This document shows, one piece after another, positions 24,170 to 37,430 of a stretch of 64,000 nucleotides of DNA; position 1 is the stretch's first letter; each line of letters begins with the position of its first letter. A model generated the notes under the pieces. It was not told the DNA's origin and did not search any database. It was given only the letters and a program-made list of their open reading frames with translations. Source of the stretch: Amoeboaphelidium protococcarum X5 (lineage: Eukaryota > Fungi > Aphelidiomycota); the NCBI GenBank assembly GCA_023515725.1, contig JALDTO010000266.1:107344-171343 (forward strand), written 5' to 3'. A program made the translations under genes and the position numbers.

Positions 24170-25826
24170 AATGCGTGTGACTTGGTTGCGATATTAAAGA
24201 AGGTCAAATATAATGTAAACTAATAAAACTAATATTTTTGTGTGCGTCTGTTCACTTTCTGTTGATACTAATCTAACTCAGACCAAAGTCGATCAACCAA
24301 ACCTTGTTTTCTTTATCCAATAAAACATTGTTCGATTTAATATCGCCATGAACAACACCAAATTACTCTATACGCCCCAAAATATCGTCCAGCTAAGGCT
24401 TGACTTCTTGAGGCTCAACATGGTCACCATCAATCAATTGCATCCCCATGACATTAAAGCCGTCCACTTCTCAATGAAAGTACAGCTCTGGAATACAATC
24501 ACCTTGCAACTCTTGTAGAACGTCATAGACTTGTAATTCATTCTTTATCATTTTACGACCAACGTGGTTCTTAGTATCACAAATCTTAACCGCCATGTCA
24601 AAGCCGTCAACATTCCACTTATATACAAATCCGCATTTTCCGCCGCCAATGGGAATGGCACGATCTAAGCTAGATATACTAAAGCCAGCAGGTAAACTGC
24701 TTATAGCACTTGATCGAATATTATATGGATGATATGATGAGGGTACAGAGAACGACTTTTGAGGAGATGAGGGGGTAGACTCAGGCGATGGGCTCCGATG
24801 AGTGCTTAGCTTCCATCAGCGACAACAAATAACAAAAGCCGCGAAGAACAGATTAGCAATCATATGCCTCTGATATAAAAAGTGATCCAGCCTGAGGACG
24901 ATAAAGAAACCAAGTTCTTTCATAAGTAGTCAGAGCTGCATAGCGGAGATTGTTGACACATAAATAAGTGTATACTCGAGTTATGTCGTCAAAGATACTC
25001 TTCCCAGCTCTTCGTGAGCCCTCTCCACGTTCATAATCCGCGTCAGCATGCCACCAATCTATCAAACTCTCTCCAACAGGTGGTGTGGGTAAATCCCAAA
25101 TAGTCTTCACTTCAACGAAGGAATAAGGACTGTTCGTCTTATCTAAATTTTCTTTACAAGCAATATAATCTGGTACACCTTTAAATTCCGGCATTTGGTT
25201 AGCAGTGAACTTTATGTCAGATCCAACATCCTTGAGAAAAAAGTTCATCATGCGTATAATGTTACTATGAACATAATGGTCAACGATTTTCTCCGCTTAT
25301 ATCGGCTCTTCGACAGAGTGAAAACTCCGGCGATCAACAACCAAATTCTCAGGATATTAAAACTAATCAACCTAAACAGAGAAATCAGACCACAATTACA
25401 CTTCCTAAGGAATTCTAGGATTGGCTCTTGAAGTACCAGATCTATTAGCAGGTCTTTCGTCATAAGTCACAGGCGGCAACGCGAGATTAAGAAAGTCATT
25501 CGCGGTGAACGGAGGAGGAGCAGATGCAGAGGCTGCCACACCAGATCCAAGAATGTTCAACTAGTCCATCAAATCAATTTCATTATTCCTTAAATTATTG
25601 ATCATATCGGTATGCGGCTACAACAGTATAAAATACTGCTGTTTTCATCCTCACCGACTAAATCCCTCACCATCTACTAAGCACGAACAAACTTCTTTTC
25701 AGCCTCAACGATTTCCAGACGCACGGTGGCCAACTTCTTTTCAATTTGTTATTTGTTCATCAGCTTCTTCGAGTAAGTAAATAATGGTTAGGTAGCAAAG
25801 TATTAATCTGGAAGATTATTTTATAC
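24092..25826. repeat. ~1.73 kb segmental duplication, copy B
   Basis: Matches 1825-3559. Its first 78 nt are the last codons of the gephyrin CDS. Confidence 0.97.
24252..25760 (-). pseudogene. Crinkler-like REase + kinase effector (disrupted), copy B
   Basis: Same motifs, same two frameshifts and same in-frame TGA as copy A. A few amino-acid differences in the kinase half. Confidence 0.8.
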
Positions 25827-26175
25827 GCAACGTAATAAATCAACTACGGAAAAGAGTAGATGAAATAATAAAAATATCTCAACTCCAATAACAACTGATT
25901 TTATAGATAGTCTGATTCGAATGAATGAACGACTTCTGGTCAATCATCCGCAAACCACGCGATTTGCTGTTAATCCATCGTTTCCGAGTTTCGTCTCTCT
26001 CTCTCTCTCGCTATCTCTATCTCTATCTCTCTTTCTTGTCCGTCCGTTTGTGCGCTTCAGATAGATCTTTCTCCCCTCTTTTCTCCCTTTTTTGGGACGC
26101 AGTGTACTTTAACGCTTAGGAAGTTGATTATCAGACCTTAATTTGTTATTTAGTAATACATTATTGGACGTGAGT

Positions 26176-27867
26176 ATGGATAATTCTTAGAATTCAACCA
26201 CTTAGAGTGAGACGAACAAGTATCAATTTAGAGAGTTCATGCTTTCAGGTGTAACATGTTACTACCTGATTGAAGAGGGGAGAAGCGTTCGGTAGAAGCC
26301 TAGTGTCTCATGGGAGGCTTTCCACACTGCGAATATGATTACTGATGTAGAGTATGACAAGATTATAAAGTATGCCAAGTTTAGTGTTGGTCACCAGCCT
26401 ATTGAGCGGTGTATTGAAGATGCTGCACTTGCCAGAGGAATCGACGTTCTGAGTCTCGGTCAGTCTGGCAATGGTTCAAGTACTAGCTCTTCTGCTTAGA
26501 GTAATTCTGGAGATAACCAAGCAGTGGTGCCAGAGATTGAGGAGTATTTTACATTATTGATTAGCTTCATGTAAAAGATAGTCCGTGTCGATACTCTGCA
26601 ATAGTTGTTGGTGCACATGGACGATGTTCTGTATGGTGCAGCGATATCCCCGACCCTTGTACATCGGCTGAGTCAACTTAGCAGTGCATCTACTTTATTC
26701 TCTCTTTTATTGAAGTTAATGCTCAAGGATGACACTTTTGTCCAGTTGCAGAGCTGTAAACTGTTTGTCGATCTCCTTTCGCTGTGGCCCAAGTCTGTTG
26801 CCGAGTCGAAGTTGACTGAATTTCTGAGATGGAACATGTCTCAGGTTCGCCAGTTCTTGCAGAGTGGAGCGAGTGGTTACGGAAGTAATTTGAAGATTAG
26901 CAGTTAGATTGATGTTTATCTGCAGTCGTTGGCAGCTGTATTGCGTCAGTCTAAGAATCGCAAGTTCTTTTGGGATATGACTAAAGGTGGTGATGTTCTG
27001 GCAGAGTTATTGCAGAGATCTGCACCTGGTGGATCAAAAGAGGATTCGCAGTTCAAGAATCCTCAGTTATAGTATCAGGTTATTGTCTGTATTTGGCTAT
27101 TGACTCTAAAACAGTCTATTGCAGTTCAGTTCTAGACTCAGTATAATATCATTCCTACTCTGGTTGACATTACCAGAAGCTCTATAAAAGAGAAGGTGGT
27201 ACGCGTTTGCTTGTCTGTGATGAGAAATATGTTGAGCTTTGCAATGAACCAGTCGTCTTCAGGCAAGATTATCGCAGATGGATAGTAAGGCGGTGTAGAT
27301 ATTGATAGTGTTGGTGCTGATAGTGGTGAAGATAAGTTGACTAATAGAAAAGTTCACGATGCTCCAGCATAGACTGGTATAATATCCGCGTTTGTTGGCA
27401 CCAAGTCTGCCACAATGGTTGATAATCTTCTATCGAGAAAGTGGTCAGATGAGGATATTGTCACTGATTTGAAATGGTTCAAGGAGTAGTTGAGTATTGT
27501 GATATCGTCCCTCACCGCTTGGGATGAATACATTAGTGAGCTGCGGTCTCAGCGTCTCGATTGGAGTCCCGTGCATGACAGCGAAAAGTTGTGGAAGTAG
27601 AATGCGTACAAATTGCTTGATAACAATGCAGAGCTTTTAAAGTTGTTGGTTTCCTGTCTGCAATAGAGCACTGAGAGTGTTCGCCTAGCCGTTGCCTGCC
27701 ACGATGTTGCCAAATTTCTCAAGTACTGTGCCAAGCAGGGTAAGAAGTAGTTGTAGACACTTGGAGCCAAGGAGCGTATCATGGAGTTGATGTCTAATAG
27801 TGATAGCGAAGTGCGGTATTATGCTCTCATGGCCACTCAGCAATATATGCAAAGTGTTCTGGAATGA
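26176..27867 (+). CDS. VMA13: V-type ATPase subunit H
   Basis: SWEAF..ANMI, PQLQYQVIVCIWLL, IKEKVVRV, KWSDEDI, LDWSPVH.SEKLWKQNA, AVACHD, GAKERIMELM, VRYYAL. Confidence 0.96.
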
Positions 27868-28130
27868 TTTTATATACAGACATGGATATTCAAAGTGTAC
27901 AGTCGGCATTGAAAGTCTGATTTATCTTACTCGGAATACCAAGGCGGTCATGTTATGATCTAATCAGTCGAATGATACTGTGAGAAAATAAAAGAAGAAA
28001 TTTCAAATTTATTAAATAGAGCTTTAGTTTAATTAATCGCGAACATTTACACTTACACTATGAATGAATGACTGACTGACTGCTCAGAACTGAGCCGAAG
28101 GACAACACTCAAAAGATTGCACAACTTGAA

Positions 28131-29999
28131 TCACTTTAAATTGACATTACCTTCCAAAGACACAAAACTGGATTGGCTTCCCTAACTGTTATTTTCACGC
28201 TGATTTCCATTAGTCTATATTTTACCTGAGGACGGTAAATCGCCATTAAAGAGGGAATGACCATTCCTATCTAACACTTACTACTGAATGTTTAATTTAT
28301 GACCATTCTGTGCTTGATTAGACTACTTCTTCAACTACTTCAAGTATTCCTTGGCGCAATCTTGATTGATAGTGTTGTTGGCGATCATTTGTTGAGCCAC
28401 GGCATCAACCAAGTCAGGCAGCGATCCTGCACTGAGCGCGATGTTACGAGCATGCATAGCCATATGACCTCGCTAAATTCCCTCGGTGACCAGTGCACGC
28501 AAAGCACCGAAATTCTGTGCCAGGCCAACACAAGCCAGAATTTAGGCAAAAGTCTTACAGTCAGGATTATTCATTAACCCGAGACAATACTTATGAGCCG
28601 GATTAGATGTAATCGCACCACCAACAACACCAACTTGAAGTGGAAGAGTAATCTCACCTTCCAAATACTACTTTCCCGAATGAGAATCATTGAGCAATCT
28701 ATACTCGGTCAGACAGCGATATTATTACTACTATTATACATCACCATCTTTACATAAACCATTAGAAGCAGATGTCAAAGGACCGATAGTGGACGCATAT
28801 GCATGAATACCAGCTTCTAATGCACGCCAATCCTGTCCACAGGCAACAGCTACAGCATCGATACCATTCATAATGCCTTTGTTGTGAGTAACTGCGCGCT
28901 GAATGTCCAATTTGGCCCACTCATTAGCATCAATGATTCTCTACGCCGCCTCCAGACCAGAGAATGATTTATATGCAACACTAGCAACATCCACCTTGAA
29001 TCTAGCAGTGACCAATCTGTTTGGTGCAAAATTAGAGAGGATGCAAATCATAACATGCGCATTATATTTCGAGGATACCATGTAATTAATGTACGGCTTC
29101 AATCCCTCAAGCATATCATTGACTGTGTTGGCCCCCATAGATTCTTACACGTCAACAGTGATGGTGAGAGTGACTTTATCAGCACTGAGCACCTTAACTT
29201 TACCGCCGACAACTCCACCACCGCGCTTGATCAGATTAGGACGACACTTGCTCTATGCCTACTACAATATATTGTCCATTTCAGATAGGAGCAGAGCTTG
29301 AACATCTGTAGCAATACCCTCTTAATGACACTTGATCAGAATCTAGCCATCAATGACATTACGTTCAAACGAGCAGAAAGCTTCCATACCAATCGATTCA
29401 GGAAGAGTACCATCAATTGGCACGGGATTCAAAGGACCAGAAGAGTCATCATGGCATAGAGTCTTGAAAGAGAAACTCAGTGCAGCCACCACGGAAGGTT
29501 CTTCAATAGCCATTGGCACTACAAAACGATGACCATTCATAATTAGGTGGAAGCTGAGGCCAAGAGGAAGTCCTAATACACCGACACAGTTCTCAATCAT
29601 CTTCTCCAGGATCTACACATCCACCGTACTGAGAGGGAATTCCTAATAGAAAGAGTTACCAGACAAACTGCTACTGCTGCTGCTACTTCTCGCAACACTG
29701 GCACTTGAATGCGCAGGTGAAGCAGAATATTGAGACTCTTCAACCACACTACTCTTTTCATACTCTTCATCACTATTATTAGACACAGTGCTAGTCCGCT
29801 TACTTGCAATGCCATTATTAACATTCTTATGGTTACTGTTATTACCAGTGCAATCCAAATCATCCAGATCATCACCCATCATCGATGAAGACGACTACGA
29901 CTCCACCTGGCTGAAGAGATTCGGATACTGCTATGCCACCAAGGCCTGCCTCTCTTTCAGTGTCTTTTTGTAGAATCCTTTCCAAATGTAGGCAGACAT
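28131..29999 (-). CDS. Class II (prokaryote-type) HMG-CoA reductase, soluble
   Basis: GFYKK...ER, MIENCVG...[77 protein letters not shown]. No sterol-sensing membrane domain. Confidence 0.93.
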
Positions 30000-31585
30000 G
30001 TCCTCTATTCTCTTGGTCATTATTTATAAATTATGGTAGTAGGTGTGATAATGACGTGCTTCTTCTATACCACCTTCTATACTGTAATGCTATAACGCTA
30101 ACACAATCTATCTGGAATCTAAACCAATTTGTCAAACAAAACAAGCACCAAAATGAGTCTTCTTGTACTTTCTTAAGCTAAAACCACTTACTTAACGCAA
30201 TTCTTACCGGATAAGAATTAAGCTTTCAGAGTAGGTCAGTAAACAGAATGAGAGAAGAGAGGCCAAGTGAAGTGTTTATCGTCGCTCGGCAGATTTCGTC
30301 TTCTTCCTCTTCCTTGATGGGATGAGATTAGAAACGCGCGCGCCTGAACGGCCGTTGAATTTTCTGTAAGCCAAGCAGCGGGTGCGAGTGAAACTGTTTG
30401 GATTGGATTGAATGGATCAACGTGTGGCATTCTTAAATTGGTGAGAAGACTCAGCCACACATTGATCTGCTGACTTTTGAACGCCATATTTCTCACCGGA
30501 CATTTTCTTTAAGGTTATATCTTCCCACATATAGTGTCATCTCTTTTCTTACTTCATGATGATCTATGACTCTGTGTCGATTGTAAGCCGCATATACTGT
30601 ACACACTCTAAAATGACAGATTACATCACTATGCATAGAAGGAAGCGTAAATTTCAAAGTTCTCTAATGTTGAAATGTCTATTTAGTATATTAAAACAAT
30701 ATAATCTACTCAGTGGACAGCTTTATGAGGAAAAACTCCTTCTCAATTATCAACTGTCTTCAGTTACTTGTCTGCAATATCGTTAATATCAAGACGCAGA
30801 ATCTATTCTCCAGCCACATCCACAGTCATCTTGTTGAGAAGCCACTCTTTACGTTCACCAAACTGTTTCACCGCCTAAACTTCGACGCGTCCCTTTCCTA
30901 CACATTGACGATCATGTTACCGATATGATCGCGTAGACGTTAATGATGACGTTTATGGCCATCATTCATTCATACCTTTACTGCCCTCTACTGTAAATTA
31001 CAATTATGCTCGTCCTCTGAGATGGTTCACGTATCCGAATAGTGATTCGCCATAAGTCTTCCCAAATAGTTCATAGAAGTATCCGGTGACTGACTTTCTG
31101 CTTATGCACTCCACGTCTTCTCCGATCCACTTTTTTACGCTTCGATCAGTTCTCAACTGATACATGACTCCCTTGAACAGAGGTGTGCCTTTGATCTAAG
31201 ACTCTTTTTATCGCTGCATTGACCATATGAGAAACCATGCTGTAGTAACACTAAGTGTGCCGACTTTTAATCGCAATTTTTATCTATTTGTGAGCATATT
31301 ATAGTGGTAGTTCTCAGATCTATCTGAAAGAGTTGAAAAGTCTAAGCGACGCGAATAAGTAGTGCTCAGAAATATTGATGTTTGAACTTCAAATGAAAGA
31401 TGGTATACAGTACAGTTATTTACATTTAAATCAATTAGAATTATGTCAGAGTGTCATAAGAAGTAATTTCGTTTGTTTATTACCAAAAATTTAATGAAAA
31501 ATTGTGATCATTTTAATTTTAACAGTATTTACATACTGATAAAATAGAATCACAATAAGTTTGGTACCAAATAAACGATGTTACC

Positions 31586-34537
31586 TCAGAGTGTCATAGA
31601 TTCGCGCTCCTCTCTCAATTTTTTCAACTCAGCCATACGTTCTTGCTACAATTGAATGTTGGCACGGTGCTGAGTCAACTTTCTACTAACTGAACTGGAA
31701 ATGTGATCGCAGTGCTTTTCACGCTACTCTGCCAATTTGGCATCAAAGCCAAGGTTGTGGACTCTTTTCTTATCCTTATCCTGCAATTGGCGCATCTACA
31801 CTTTGATCTCTCCAAACATTTACTTTGCTCGCTGGATAGACTACTCAGCCTACTCCAAATCTTCCAACTTTCGCGCGTCCGACTCCTAATCACAAACCAG
31901 TTGCGCGTACTACTGCAAAGCCAAAGCCAAATTGAATTACATAGCTAAATCTTTAGGAACGCACTGAAGAGCCGCAGTGACTGCCTTAATACACAAACTC
32001 ATTTCCACAGGAGCATTCAAAGTTCTAGCCTGAACATAATAAGCTCTGGCCAAATACAACAAGACTTGAACATTCTTCATTCCCAAAGCTTAATTTACTT
32101 GCTCATACAAAGCCACAGCTGATTGATATTGCTCCATCTCAACAAGGAGATGAGCATAATTTAGACTAACTTGATACTTTGAAGGTATCGATTGATAATC
32201 CCCAAACACCTTCAATTCCAGGCAACTATCATGCACAGCTGAAAACGCCTGCACGGCACTATCAAGATGGCCATTTTCGGCCAAAAGTATAGCGATACCA
32301 TGCGCAGCCCACACACAACCAGGATCCAACTTGAGACACCTGTCGAACCACTTGGATGCATCTTTATACAGATCTGTGGAAGTGGTAATCTTTGGCTGTT
32401 TCTATCCTTGCTGCTATTGCTACTGTTCAGGTCTCTTTTGGGATGCCAAAAGTCGCGCATTCACCAGACGATCAGTACCAAGCTAACACATACTGTAAAC
32501 ATCGTCTTACTTGTATTACTTCAGAATCTTGTCATATAACTGACGAGAAAGTTTACTTGGATTACTAGAGTGAGACGCTACCTGATCAATCCAAGCACTT
32601 GCAAGCATGCAATTAATAGCTGTATCTAAATCAGGCGGTGGTCCTTTGTCGCTCCCTGGAACAGCAATAGATAACGCGGATGATATAGCTTTTTATCCCT
32701 CAGAAATGTGACCCTTTGCTGCCTTAATAAAGGTGGTGCGCAGTAAAGAATCCACATGATCAGGCTACTTTTACAGAATCTTGGTGTACAACTCATCAGC
32801 CTTCGCTAACAACATATCTCTAGCCACAGCACCCTAGTTCACTCTAAACTTCATATGCGCAGAATCTTCAATCATACGAGCCATATTGAACAGAATTGTC
32901 AAGAAAATGCCGCCCAGATTGGTATTCTAGACCGCGAGAGAACCAAAACATTCCAGCGCCTAATCAAACATTTTCTGTGAGTTGTCATAATCCTGCTAAA
33001 AAGCACTAAGACAAGCCAAGTTGTTGATCACAAGCAGCTTTCTTTCATCATCGCCTTGCAGGGTAGACAAAGCTTTACGTAACACATTCTCCATATCCTT
33101 ATAGTCGGACGACATTTCCGCAATACGCAACAGAATCTCCACTTGATTAGCCTAGTCATCCTCGATGAACTTTTAGAATAGCTTTTAGGACTCTGCCGCT
33201 TTATCAGGAATTTTACTCATTATAGAGGCCATCAGCTTGTAGCAGTGTGGATTTTCACTAAACGACTATTTATCAGTGCAGAATTTAATAAATCTCAACG
33301 CGTCACCAAATTTCCCCTTTCCAAAACTGATCTGAGCCAAGCCTTGATACACTTCGGGATCCACATTCTTATCAGCATCGATGGCCATCTGATAATTCAG
33401 CTAAGCCTCTTCAAACTTTTGCAGCTTATGATAAGCTCTACCAATCAAAGCAAAACATTGACATTTCATCAACGGATTTCTAATATTGCTGTCAATGTAC
33501 TTGCTGAGCAGTGTAATACATTTTTAATAATCACCCTTCGTAAACAGTACATGACCCAATAACAAACCAACAGCGGGAGAACTAACAATCTTACCGCCAG
33601 AAGAATCTTATCTAGTGCACAATGCCTAAGCCTTCTTCAAATAACTGATGGCAGCAGGTAGGCACTAGCGCTAACTCTCATCACTCTTGGCCATATTATA
33701 GTTAACCAGAGCTGCCATGTATAGAGAATGTAGATTGCTTTCACCTTCACCAAATACGGCCAGTGAACGCTGGAAACACAATAGAGCCTTGTCATAACAC
33801 TTGAGCTGATGCCAACAATACCCAATACTGAGATACAGATTGACGCGCTTCTAATAAACCATTTACGGATTATCTCTGAAGATTTCCTAAAATTGATGCA
33901 GAGCAGCTTCATAATTATGCAACAGATAGTTGCAAATAGCCATACCTAACTTACTAGCAATTTCCAAATACTTAACAGAATCATCAGAATTCTTCACTTA
34001 CTTACTACGCTGCTATCTCAAAAGCTCATCAGCAGCCTTGAACTGAGTCTAAGCATTCACAGCAGAGTACTTCAACAGATACATGAAGCCTTTCAGCACT
34101 ACAGTCTGAGGATGATCCTTCATTGATCGCTCGATAGTGCCAAGATGACTCTGCAAATCCTTAACCAGAACATCCACGGAAGCACTAGAACCATTTTTCA
34201 AATTATCCAGCATCTATGCATCTACGTCTTGACCACTACCTGAAGTCATAACAGAATCACTAAACTCGATAGCACGATTCAAAACGTATCCAGAGTACAA
34301 CGTGTTCAAGACATGAGAATTCTAGTACATCTTAAGTCCATCCTGTACGAAAAGCACAAAGTTCTACTACCTGCCCTATTTATAATACTCAACCGCGAAC
34401 TCAATCCATAGCTCTTCCTTACACTATTCATCTTCCAGAATACCGATAATCTCACCCGCATCATCAGGCAGTTCATCCACTCTAACACCAATAACCTGAG
34501 ATCCATTCTCAACTGGAATATCAATAGTTTTCACCAT
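31586..34537 (-). CDS. CTR9: PAF1 complex TPR protein Ctr9
   Basis: MVKTIDIP..LPDD..I...L..E, TPR array, LDP.CVWAAHGIAILLAE, LARAYY. 983 aa in one frame. Confidence 0.9.
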
Positions 34538-34908
34538 AACAATTTTTGCTATTTGAAATTTACTTAAACTAGACTTGTTCCACAATTAAAAGGTGAATAT
34601 AAAATGACCACCAGATACTTTCTCAGTCAAAGATTGTAGAAGAAAGAAAGTTGAAAAGTGATCGAGTGATTGGGTGAGTGAGAGAGTCTTAAGAAGAGAT
34701 CCGTAGACTTAACGCGGGGAACATGACTTGGAGGCTGCGCTCGCTCTTTCCGACCTGTGGGACAATGTGCGCAAAGATATCATCATCACCATCATCTTTC
34801 CTTGGTTTCTTACACACTTTGTCTCTTTCTTTAAACATTATTATTTTATTGAACTTTATATCATTATACCGTACGTATTAAAGCAGTGTATATTGAAGTA
34901 TCATAATA

Positions 34909-35319
34909 ATGAAAGCCCGACTTATAAGGAGAGAAACATTTTCATGTGCACACAGATTGCATAATAAAGCCATGAGTGTTGAAGAGAACCGGGAGCTGTA
35001 TGGCAAGTGTAATAACCCGAATGGACATGGACACAACTACATTCTTCTGGTGCATATACTTGGTGAAATAGATTAGAGTACTGGTATGATATTTAACATA
35101 TCAGACTTGAAGTAAATTGTAAAGTCAGTGGTGCAGCAAGTTGATCACATGCATTTGGACATGGATGTTGAGTGGTTTGCTGATCGAGTTTCCACCACTG
35201 AGAATTTGTCAGTTTTCCTTTACCAGTAGATTGCCCCAAAACTTCCATCCACTATTACATTGGATAAAATTGAACTTTGGGAGACTGAAAATAACTGCGT
35301 GGTGTATTCCGGTTAGTGA
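34909..35319 (+). CDS. PTS: 6-pyruvoyl-tetrahydropterin synthase
   Basis: FSCAHRLH, YGKCNNPNGHGHNY, TGMIFNI, LDMDV, STTENL, ETENN. Missed by the ORF track. Confidence 0.95.
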
Positions 35320-35626
35320 TTATTTCATTGACTATCATCAGTGATGTGTGTGTGTATGATATATGAATTCTATAGATACTAGTCTAGTGTTTATTACACA
35401 TGAATTGTGCAATGAAGATTATAAACGACCAACGACCAAATTACTGTAACGGCCTGCTGTCAATTGAAGTTAAAGGACGCTCGTAGTCGTGCGACAGTTT
35501 CAGCCAATCAGGTATCTCAGACAGATGATCGTGTGTAACAAAGCTTTATATCCTATTGCCATTTCACTCTATTCTATCTCTTGATCTTCTCTTTATACAA
35601 ATCGCTAATAAAGGCATTGTTGCATT

Positions 35627-37306
35627 ATGGCAGAATCTAATAATAGTAATAATATGAATATCGAAAATTTGGAATCTATGGACGCGGGTGCGCAGCAACT
35701 GCAGTCTACACCTACCCTGTTATAGTAGCAGCCATCATCGTCCACTAATGAATTTTGTGAGGGTTTCTTGTACAAGCGTAGTGGACCGCTAAAACTATGG
35801 CACAAGAAGTATGTGTATTTTGGTAATGATCACGGTTTGAGTGTTGAAGACTTGGATTTGGTTGTGAAGAAGGCTCTGTCCAAATCACGCAAAGTCAAGG
35901 GCACCTCTGATGTACTGATGGAGATCGCTGCCAAGGCTATGGTCTCCACCAAAGGCATGATCCTGTATGACTCTAATGATCATAATTCTATTGCCGGGAT
36001 CATTGATTTGAGTATGGTGAAGGATATTGTGCTGGCTGATTTTGGTAATCTGCACGCGTTCACTCTGAAAGTCGATGGCCTGAAAGACGTTACGTTTGGC
36101 GCGAAGTCAGCTGAGGGCCGCGACATGTGGATTAATGTGATTCAGAAGCATAGCAAGGCTAACTGTGTCGATGCTGCGTCTATTGACAATGCACTGGCCA
36201 AGTTGAAGGCTCATTTTGAATCGCTGAAGCCTGGTAAATTGAAGAAGGAGCCGTCTCAGGCTGATGCTACCGAAACTGATGGCGAGGAGCTTGTCACGGA
36301 GATGGAAAACATTGATGCTGACCGCGCCTAGGCTGATGTTAATGAGTCTGCAACGGCTGAAACTGCAGTTGTAACTGAGGAAGCTGCCAAGGCTACTGCC
36401 GATAATGATGTTGTTGAAGAAGCCGCAGGTGATTCTAAACCATCTAAGCGTCTGTTGGGCAAAGTGGTCGATATTTTCACTCTTCCTCGCCGTAAATCTG
36501 AAGTCGGCGATAAGGATGTCGAGGATGCAAGTGATAACACCGGATCAGCGTCTGAGGATGGTAAGAAGGAAGAATTGCCAGCCATCGTTGTCGAAGAAGT
36601 TGTCACTGAAGAAGTGCAGCCTATTGATGAGGCTATGTAGTAGGAGCCAATTGTTGATGATCCGGTGATTGAGAAGGCATTGCCAGTCAAGAAGCCATTC
36701 ATGGTGTCAAGAATCGTTGATATTGTCACCTTCAAGAAAATGCGCTCAAAGACTTCCGCTGATGCTCAAGATGCTCCAGTTGAGGCTGATCTGATTGCTG
36801 AAGATCTTGCGCCTGTGGAGTCTGAGCCAATCGCTGAGGCTGATGTCGCAACGTCAGATGAAGTCACCATGAAGGATGAGATTCACGATCCTAATCCAAT
36901 CCCCGTTGAGAAGGATATCCCTGCTGTTGATGAGAGCGCTGAAACTACTAAGCCTATCAGTAGCGATGACAGCTAAATGTACAAGGTACCTGAGGCTACT
37001 ATTCAGCAGTCCTTGCTGAAGAAGCAGAGTAATTTCTTTAAGGCTTGGAATGATCGCTACTTTGCCCTCTCCAAGGTTGGAGATGATGGATTCATGCTGT
37101 CCTACTTTAGGCCTAATGACAAGTCAAAGGTTGCAGAGTCCTTTATGCTCTCAAGTGATATGAAGGTGAAGTCTGACGGTGAGTTGAAGTTTACGCTAGT
37201 TGATGGTAAGAAGAGTTACTACCTGATGGCGTTGAATGAACACGATCTCAATGAATGGATTTCCGTGTTGAACGGTCTGTATCCAAAATCTGATGAAAGT
37301 GCTTGA
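35627..37306 (+). CDS. Protein with two PH domains and an acidic linker (Meu6-like)
   Basis: EGFLYKRSGPLKLWHKKY...EGRDMWINVI and LLKKQSNFFKAWNDRYF...LNEWISVL. The linker repeats a VDI.T motif. Confidence 0.8.
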
Positions 37307-37430
37307 ATGGATCCAATGTTATAATGATGATGAAGATTATAAAAGTTTATTTCGTTGTTATCGCAACTTTATTTCTCATAAGCCTTAATTTAATTTCATA
37401 TTTCTTTAATTGCACAAGATACCAGGTAAG

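Noticed and set aside
30700-31300. Coding-like minus-strand fragments with several TGA stops
   Set aside because: Possibly a decayed gene, but no family could be recognised.
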